Assembly (NCBI GenBank): GCA_963784525.1
Contig: CAWART010000020.1
Coordinates: forward strand, 151,844-215,843
DNA: 64,000 bases
Direction: 5' to 3'
Source: Candidatus Aminicenantes bacterium
GTDB lineage: Bacteria; Acidobacteriota; Aminicenantia; Aminicenantales; Saccharicenantaceae
Positions 57,062 through 64,000 of this stretch are shown one piece after another (the first letter of the stretch is position 1; every line of letters begins with the position of its first letter). A program made the position numbers and the translations under genes. Below the pieces are notes generated by a model. The model made no database searches. It was given only the letters and a program-made list of their open reading frames with translations, and had not been told where the DNA came from.

Positions 57062-57455
57062 CTTTCTTTTTGTGCCGACGGCGACACGCCCATAACCATC
57101 GTATTCTTGTCTCCCCCTACCCCCTCCTTGATACGGAGGGGGCCCCGGAAAAGGTCCGTGTCGCCGGCAGAGGAGCGCAGGGGTGATGCCTGGAGGACGG
57201 CGGCGCGCCCAAGACTTCGACCCGGTTTCTTCTCATCCCCTACCCCTTCTCTCAATAGAGAAGGGGACCCGGAAGAGGACCGCGCCGCCGGCAGAGGAAC
57301 AGCGGGCACGGTTGGCCGGGGACCCGAAGCGAAAGCGCCTTTCTGATCGTCCCCCCTTTAGAAAAGGGGGGCGCGGGGGGATTTGTGCCGGGACGAATCG
57401 CGGCCGACGGAAGGCGCACCCCGAGCCGGGAATTCCTTCAGGCACAAAAAGAAAG
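57062..57455. repeat. 394-bp element bounded by 15-bp perfect inverted repeats, holding three tandem about 110-120-nt units, each with a GC-clamped hairpin
   Basis: The inverted repeats are CTTTCTTTTTGTGCC (57062-76) and GGCACAAAAAGAAAG (57441-55). Hairpins lie at 57120-42, 57243-66 and 57351-71. Units A and B share CCCCTACCCC and CCGGCAGAGGA. Confidence 0.6.
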
Positions 57456-57538
57456 CACATATCCTGGAAACGGGAGAAGGTCCAACAACAAGGCGCGGGG
57501 GCCTCTTCCCTCCCAGGGGCGGTGGGAGGGACCGTCCG

Positions 57539-57567
57539 TTGCTTTTGGGAGCCCAAACCCTTATAAT
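57539..57567 (+). promoter_or_regulatory. putative promoter, leaderless asnS transcript
   Basis: TTGCTT (57539-44), N17, TATAAT (57562-67). The ATG at 57577 lies 9 nt downstream with no SD. Confidence 0.4.
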
Positions 57568-57576
57568 TCGCCCATC

Positions 57577-58873
57577 ATGCAGTGGATCTATATCGAGGAC
57601 ATCGCGAAATTCCGCGATCAGGACGTCGAGGTCCGCGGCTGGGTTTACAACAAGCGTTCGAGCGGCAAGGTCCGGTTCATCCTCGTCACGGGACGGGACC
57701 GGAATCCTCCAGGCGACGGCTTTCTCCGCCGAGCGCGGAACTCCCCTGTTCCGGACCTTCGACGCGCTGACCCAGGAATCCTCGGTCATCGTCCGGGGCC
57801 GCGTCCGCGAGGACAAGCGGGCCCCCGGCGGCTATGAGCTGACCCTCCAGGAGATCGAAGTCATCCAGATCGCCGAGGAATATCCCATCACCCCCAAGGA
57901 GCACGGCACGCCGTTCCTGATGGAGCACCGCCATCTCTGGCTCCGGTCCCAGAAACAGCACGCCGTCCTCCAGATCCGGGCCGAGGTCATCAAGGCCATC
58001 CGCAACTTCTTCGACGACCGCGGCTTCCGGCTGATGGACACGCCCATCCTGACGCCGAGCGCCTGCGAGGGGACGACGACCCTGTTCGAGACCGAGTACT
58101 TCGACCAGAAGGCCTATCTCAGCCAGAGCGGCCAGCTCTACAACGAAGCGACCGCCGCCGCGTTCGGCAAGGTCTACTGTTTCGGCCCCGCCTTCCGGGC
58201 CGAGAAATCCAAGACCCGCCGCCACCTCATCGAATTCTGGATGGTCGAGCCCGAGGTCGCCTTCGCGACGCTCCAGGATACGATCGAGCTCGGCGAGGAC
58301 CTCATCCTCTTCATCATCGAGCGCGTCCTTTCCGCGAGAAAACACGACCTCGAGGTCCTCGAGAGGGACGTGACGAGGCTCGAGGCCATCTCCGGAAGCC
58401 GTTCCCCCGCCTGACCTACGACGAGGCGCTCCCGAAGCTCAAGGAAAAAGGTCCGCCATCTACTGGGGCGACGATTTCGGCGCTCCGGAGGAGACCATCA
58501 TCTCCGAGATCTATCCGAGCCCGGTCTGCGTCACGCACTTCCCGTCGAAGATCAAGGCGTTCTACATGCAGCCCGACGCCGTCCGGCCCGATCTGGCCCT
58601 GGGCGTCGATTTCCTGGCCTCGGAGGGATACGGCGAGATCATCGGGGGCGGCCAGCGCATCCACGATCCCGCCCTCCTCGAACAGAGGATCCGGGAGCAC
58701 GAACTGCCTCCGCGAAGCCTATCGCCTGGTACATCGACCTGAGGAAGTACGGGACCTTCCCGCATTCGGGGTTCGGCCTGGGGGTCGAACGGACGGTGGC
58801 CTGGATCTGCGGCATCAAGCATATCCGGGAGACCATCCCCTTCCCGCGGCTCCTGTACCGCATCTATCCCTGA
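57577..58873 (+). pseudogene. asnS: asparaginyl-tRNA synthetase, at least four indels
   Basis: GKVRFILV|[66 protein letters not shown] and [22 protein letters not shown] are recovered across three frames. Frame switches are near 57688, 58398, 58458 and 58711-58724. Confidence 0.9.
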
Positions 58874-58885
58874 GGCCTCCGAGCC

Positions 58886-60225
58886 ATGACTCCAGCCCCG
58901 CCCCGCCGAAAAAGAAAGCCGCCCTGATCAACTTGGGATGCGCCAAGAACCTCGTCGACAGCGAGGTCATGCTGGGTCACCTCGGGCGGCCGGATACGGG
59001 TTCGTCCGGTCGCCGGAAGAAGCCGACATCGTCATCGTCAACACGTGCGGGTTCATCCGGCCGGCCCGGGACGAGGCGGACGGCGTCCTCCGGAAGCTTT
59101 CCCGGCTCAAGAAGCGGCGCCCGGCAAAAAAGGCTCGCGGTCGCCGGCTGTTACGTCAAGAAGGACCGCGATGCCCTCCGCCGGGCGTTCCCGGCCGTCG
59201 ATGTCTGGCTCGGGGTCGGGAGCTATGACCGTATCGTCGAAGCCCTCGAGGGTCCGCCGTTCCGGGAACCGGAACGGACATTTCTCTATGACGGCCGCAC
59301 TCCCCGGCTCCTGTCCACTCCGCCGCGTGGGCTTATCTCAAGGTCTCCGAAGGCTGTTCCCACGCCTGCGCCTTCTGCACCATCCCCTCCATCAAGGGCC
59401 CCTATCGCTCGCGGAGCGCCGCGTCCATCGTCGCCGAAGCCGAAGCGATGGCCGGGCGCGGGATCCGGGAGATCGACCTCATCTCCCAGGACACGACCTA
59501 TTTCGGAAAGGACCGTGGAGTGAAGGACGGGGCCGCCAAACTTCTGGGGAAGCTCTCCCGCGTCGACGGGATCGCGTGGATCCGGATGCTCTACGGATAT
59601 CCCGAGGAGATCACCGACGCGCTCCTCGAGGCGCTCACGGGACGACAGGGTCTGTCCCTACCTGGATATCCCCTTCCAGCATTCCGATCCCGGGATCGTG
59701 AAGCGCATGAAAAGGGGGATGGACGGCGGGCGCGCGCTCAAGCTCATCGAAAAGATCCGGCAGAAGGTCCCCGACGTCGCCGTCCGGACGTCGCTCATCG
59801 TCGGATTTCCCGGCGAGGGGGCGAAGGAATTCCAGGGGCTCATGCAGTTCGTCCGGGAGGCCCGGTTCGACCACCTCGGCGTCTTCGCGTATTCCCCAGA
59901 GGCCGGAACGCCGGCGGCCGCGATGGAAGACCGGCTGACCGCCGAGGAGAAGGAGCGGCGCAGGGGCGAGGTCATGGAACTCCAGGCGGGGATCTCCCGG
60001 GCCCGCAACAGGAGCTTCGTCGGCCGCCGGGTGAAGGTGCTGTGTGAATCTCCTCTCCCGGGAGGACGGGGGTATGCGGCTCGCACGCGGACCCAGGCTC
60101 CCGAGGTCGACGGCGTCGTCCATGTCGATACCGAGGCGGCCGCGCTCGAAACCGGAGGCCCCATCATCGAAGTCGAGATCACGGAAGCCGATACCTACGA
60201 TCTGAAAGGCCGATACATCCCATGA
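58886..60225 (+). pseudogene. rimO: ribosomal protein S12 methylthiotransferase RimO, multiple indels
   Basis: Contains LINLGCAKNLVDSEVMLGHLG, IVIVNTCGFI, EGCSHACAFCTIP (radical SAM) and a TRAM C-terminus. Frame switches are near 58990, 59140, 59330 and 59650. The start is uncertain. Confidence 0.85.
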
Positions 60226-60674
60226 AGATACTCACCCGCATCGTCGCGACGTTCTTCGGCTCGGGCCTCTGCCCGATCGCGCCGGGTACGGCGGCCAGCT
60301 TCGTCACAGCGCTGATTTACATGTTCCTTCTGGGCGGGCTGAGCTGGCCCTTCCAGGTCCTGGTCATCGCCGTCCTCTTCCTGGCGGGGGTCCCGGCCGC
60401 GTCCCGTTACTCCGCCGAGCTCGGCCGGAAGGACCCGGGGTGCATCGTCATCGACGAGGCCTGCGGCCAGCTCGTGACGCTCTTCCTGATCCCGCCGGAC
60501 CTTGTCGCCGTCGCCGCGGGCTTTTTTCTGTTCCGGATCTTTGATATCATCAAGCCCTACCCCATCCGGAAGCTGGAAGGATTCCCGCGCGGATGGGGCA
60601 TCATGGCCGACGACATCGGGGCCGGGCTGGCGTCGGCGGCGGTCCTCCGGCTCCTGCTCGTTATCCTAAGATGA
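60222..60674 (+). CDS. pgpA: phosphatidylglycerophosphatase A
   Basis: 150 aa. Contains FFGSGLCPIAPGTAAS, VIDEACGQ and ADDIGAG. ATGA overlaps at both ends. Confidence 0.85.
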   Translation: MKILTRIVATFFGSGLCPIAPGTAASFVTALIYMFLLGGLSWPFQVLVIAVLFLAGVPAASRYSAELGRKDPGCIVIDEACGQLVTLFLIPPDLVAVAAGFFLFRIFDIIKPYPIRKLEGFPRGWGIMADDIGAGLASAAVLRLLLVILR

Positions 60675-61946
60675 AAGCTTCCGGTTCGAGAGCGGAGATC
60701 GTCGCCGTCGGGACGGAATTGCTGTCCCCGTTCTTCCGGGATACCGATTCCCTGTTCCTGACCGGCAGGCTCGAGGACCTGGGGATCGGGGTCGCCTATC
60801 GGACCATCGTCGGCGACGACAGGGACGACCTTTTGAATTGCCTCAGGACGGCCCTGAAACGTTCGCGGCTCGTCGTCGTCACGGGAGGGCTTGGCCCGAC
60901 GGAGGACGACCGGACGCGCCAGGCGGCCGCCGAGGTCCTGGGCCGGAGCCTCGTCTTCGATCCCGCCATCCAAAAAGCCATCCGGGACCGCTTCCGCGCG
61001 CGCCTCCCCGGCCGGATGCCTGCGTCCAACAGAAAACAGTGCTTCGTGATCGAGGGGGCGGAGCTCCTCGTGAACCGCAACGGGACGGCCCCGGGCCTAT
61101 GGATCGAGGCGGGGTCCCGCAGACTCGTCCTTCTCCCCGGCCCGCCGGCCGAGCTCGAGCCCATGTTCGAGGCCGTGGTCGTCCCGAAGCTCCGTGCTTA
61201 CGGGTCCGGGTTCACCATGCGCCGCGTCCTCAGGATCACGGGGCTTTCCGAGTCCCTGTTGGAGGACAGGCTGAAAAGCGTTTATCCGAAGCTTGCAGCA
61301 GGCGTGGACATCACGATCCTCGCGTATCCCGGCGACCTCCAGGTCCGCCTGACGGTCCGGGGCCGGGGGGAGCGAGGTCCGGCGGAACGCTCGATCGACC
61401 GTGCCGAGAGTCTCGTTCTCCGCAAGCTCGGGGAATGCGTCTATTCGCGGGAGGGGAAGTCTTTGGAGGAGGTCACGGGAGGTCTGCTGGCATCGATGGG
61501 CCGAACGGTCGCCTGCGCCGAATCCTGCACCGGAGGGCTGATCAGCCAGCGTCTGACCGGCATTCCCGGAAGCTCCGCATATTTCCTGGAAGGCATCGTG
61601 ACCTACGGAAACCGGTCCAAGGTCCGCCGGCTCGGCGTGCGGCAGGGATCGATCGACGCGAACGGCGCGGTGAGCGCCCCGGTCGCGGAGGCCATGGCCA
61701 TAGGCGTCCGGGCCCGGGCCGGCGCCGACTACGGACTGGCTGTCACGGGCATCGCCGGGCCGGGCGGCGGATCGGAGGACAAGCCCGTCGGTCTGGTCTA
61801 CACCGCCATCGCCTGGAAGGACGGCGCTTTCGTCCAGCGGAACCTGTTCTGCGGAACGAGGGAGATCGTGAGGGCCGTCATCCGCCCAGAAGGCCCTGGA
61901 TATGTTGAGAAGACGGCTCCTCCTCGAGCAAAGGGAGGGAGACATG
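60671..61946 (+). pseudogene. cinA: CinA-family competence/damage-inducible protein (MoCF + nicotinamide-nucleotide amidase), C-terminal frameshift
   Basis: Contains MKASGSRAEIVAVGTELL, VVTGGLGPTEDD and AESCTGGL. The conserved tail SAQKALDMLRRRL appears only after a +1 shift at about 61880. The 3' end is unresolved. Confidence 0.8.
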
Positions 61947-62508
61947 AGAGCGTTCGTCGCCGTCGATCTCGATCCCGGGATCAAGACGACTCTCGAGGCG
62001 CTGATCCGAGATCTTCGGAAAAGGGGCGGCGGCGGCGTCAATTGGGTCCAGCCGGACGCGATGCATCTGACGCTCAAGTTCCTCGGCGATATCCCCGAAG
62101 AAGCGGCCGGGAGCGTCGGGGCTCTCCTTGAAGGGATCACTGCGGGACGCCTCCCGTTCCCCTTGAAGCTCAAAGGGACCGGGACGTTTCCCCCGGGAGG
62201 AAAGGCGAATGCGCGGGTCCTCTGGGCCGGGATCGAGGAAGTCCCGGAGCTCATGGAACTCCAGGCGGCCCTGGAAACGGAATGCGAAAAGACCGGGTTC
62301 CCCCGGGAGGAACGGGCGTTCCATCCCCACATGACCCTGGGGCGGGTCAAGTCCTCCGAAGGCCTGGAGCCGGTCCTGCGCGAACTCGAACGAAACCGGG
62401 AGATCGATCTGGGCATCATGACCGTCGGCGCGCTCACCTTCTTCCAGAGCATCCTCTCCCCCTCCGGGGCGCGAGTACAAGGTCCTTGCCCGTGCGGAGT
62501 TGAAATGA
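61944..62508 (+). pseudogene. thpR: RNA 2',3'-cyclic phosphodiesterase ThpR/LigT, one frameshift
   Basis: Two HxT motifs (HLTLKF, HMTLGR). The tail GAEYKVLARAELK-stop is recovered after a shift near 62468-72. The TGA overlaps the plsY ATG. Confidence 0.8.
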
Positions 62509-63097
62509 AGATCCTGTTCATGGTCCTGTCCTACCTCCTCGGAGCGGTCCCGACGGGCTACCTCGCCTATAGGCTGAGCGAGCAAGGGGGATATCCGGGA
62601 GCACGGGAGCCGGAACACCGGCGCCACGAACGTCATGCGCCTCAAGGGATGGAAGCTCGCCATCCCGGTGGTCGTCGTGGATGTCCTCAAGGGGTTCCTT
62701 CCCGCCTTCCTCGCGTTCCGGATCTTCGGAGATCCGCGCCTTGCCCTTGCCGCGTCGTTCGCGGCGGTCGTCGGCCATTGTTTCCCGGTATATATCCGTT
62801 TCCGCGGGGGCAAGGGCGTCGCGACGACACGTCGGCGCCGCCATGGCGGTCGGTCTCGTCCCGCTCTTCGTCTGCGCGGCCCTGTTCCTCGCCGTCGTCG
62901 GCCTGACCCGCTACGTATCGCTGGGCTCCGTTCTCGCGGTCACGGCGTTCCCGCTCCTGGCCCTGGCCTTCGGTGCCGGGTCGGAGACGGCGATCTGGGG
63001 GGTCGCGATCGCCGGCCTCATCCTATTCCGGCATCGGGCCAATATCGGCCGGCTCCTCGCCGGCCGGGAGAGGAAGCTCGGGGAGAAGGCGGCATGA
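62505..63097 (+). pseudogene. plsY: glycerol-3-phosphate acyltransferase PlsY, two frameshifts
   Basis: MKILFMVLSYLLGAVPTGY | DIREHGSRNTGATNVMR...GGKGVATT | GAAMAVGLVPLF...FRHRANIGRLL. Shifts are in the G5 run at 62585-89 and near 62826-32. Confidence 0.85.
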
Positions 63098-64000
63098 AGA
63101 CAAGCGTCATCGGCGGCGGAAGCTGGGGTTCGGCGTTCGCGCTCTATCTCGGAAGGCTCGGGGTCCGGACGAAGCTCTGGGTCCGGGAGGAGGACATCTT
63201 CGAGACCCTTAGGAAGACCCGGGAGAACAAGGCGTTTCTCCCGGGCCATATCTTCCCGGCGCCCGTTACCTTCTACCGCGACCTGCCGGAGGCGGTCGTC
63301 TCGTCGGACGTTCTGTTCATGGCCGTCCCTTCGCAGTTCTGCCGCGCCCTCTCGCCGAGATGGCCCCGCTACGTCGCCCGCGGGCAGGTCGTCGTCAGCC
63401 TGACCAAGGGATTGGAGCCGAAATCGCTCAAGCGGATGAGCCAGGTCATGGAGGAGGTCTTCCACGCCTCCCGGAGGCCCTCCCTCGCCGTGCTCTCCGG
63501 GCCGAGTTTCGCGAAGGAACTGGCTCTCAGGGCCATCCGACGGCGGTCGTCGTCGCGTCGAAGGACATCGAGAGCGCCCGGAAGGTCCAGCACCTCGTCT
63601 CGAGCCTGACCCTGCGGGCCTACACGTCGACCGACGTCATCGGCGTCGAGCTTTGCGGCGCCATGAAGAACGTCATCGCCATCGCCGCGGGAATTTCCGA
63701 CGCCCTCGGGTTCGGCCTGAACACCCGGGCCGGCCCTGATCACCCGGGGCTGGTGGAAATGACGCGCCTCGGGAATGCACGCTCGGGGCGCGGAGAGAGA
63801 CGTTTTCCGGACTGGCCGGGATGGGGGACCTGATCCTGACCTGCACCGGGGAGCTCAGCCGGAATCATTTTGTGGGGTACGAGCTCGGCAAGGGAAGGTC
63901 CCTGAAGGCCATCCTCGTTCGCGGATGAAGATGGTCGCCGAAGGAGTCCGGACGACGCTTTCGGCCCATAACCTGGCCCGGCGCGAGTCCGTGGAAATGC
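63094..64000 (+). pseudogene. gpsA: NAD(P)H-dependent glycerol-3-phosphate dehydrogenase, several indels, 3' end outside window
   Basis: MKTSVIGGGSWGSAFA, SLTKGLE, HPTAVVVASKD and ELCGAMKNVIAIAAGISD are spread over three frames. An ATGA overlap joins it to plsY. Confidence 0.85.

Noticed and set aside
57100-57420. Possible CRISPR array in the DUF4416-asnS spacer.
   Set aside because: The repeats are imperfect, about 110-120 nt apart with homologous (not unique) intervening sequence. There is no constant short repeat and no cas genes in the window.
57107-57566. ORFs 57107..57346, 57183..57566 and 57043..57309 in the repeat-rich spacer as small repeat proteins.
   Set aside because: They overlap each other on both strands. 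Their apparent repeats simply mirror the DNA repeats. Composition is R/P/G-rich and there is no RBS or start context.

Overview
Visibly GC-rich 64-kb chromosomal segment from an environmental-type bacterium; the phylum cannot be assigned from sequence alone. It holds about 50 densely packed protein genes, many translationally coupled by ATGA/GTGA start-stop overlaps. I saw no rRNA, tRNA, CRISPR array, IS/transposase, integrase or phage genes. Gene blocks in order: (1) a partial transglutaminase-like protein; (2) parB-parA bracketed by two atypically AT-rich non-coding islands; (3) a sortilin/BNR protein; (4) pmbA-tldD, where TldD carries a Tat leader; (5) a sulfatase-like/TPR protein; (6) an operon of a porin, three amidohydrolases and a PAS-like protein; (7) an APC permease plus a corrinoid methyltransferase operon (RACo-type activase, stand-alone homocysteine S-methyltransferase domain, corrinoid protein, non-Pyl MttB, MetH-activation-like domain), my best candidate for an undescribed system; (8) a beta-CASP RNase, an alpha/beta hydrolase, rlmI and a NUDIX gene; (9) a glycogen locus (glgA, galT-like, receiver, GAF histidine kinase, glgC, three GH57 enzymes); (10) an M28 peptidase, a LigD-PE domain, and an AICARFT-only purH with archaeal-type purO; (11) LOG, rlpA, a glycosylasparaginase and a GH63-like enzyme; (12) a DUF362-ferredoxin, an M20 peptidase, serC-like/serA, nifS and DUF4416; (13) an 870-bp hairpin- and repeat-rich intergenic region; (14) asnS, rimO, pgpA, cinA, thpR, plsY, gpsA. 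Caveats: 14 genes, including essential ones, are broken by single-base indels, several of them in homopolymers. The multi-indel genes lie at 31-32.5 kb and 55-64 kb. This looks like consensus error rather than gene decay. Many long ORFs in the supplied track are antisense shadows of real genes.
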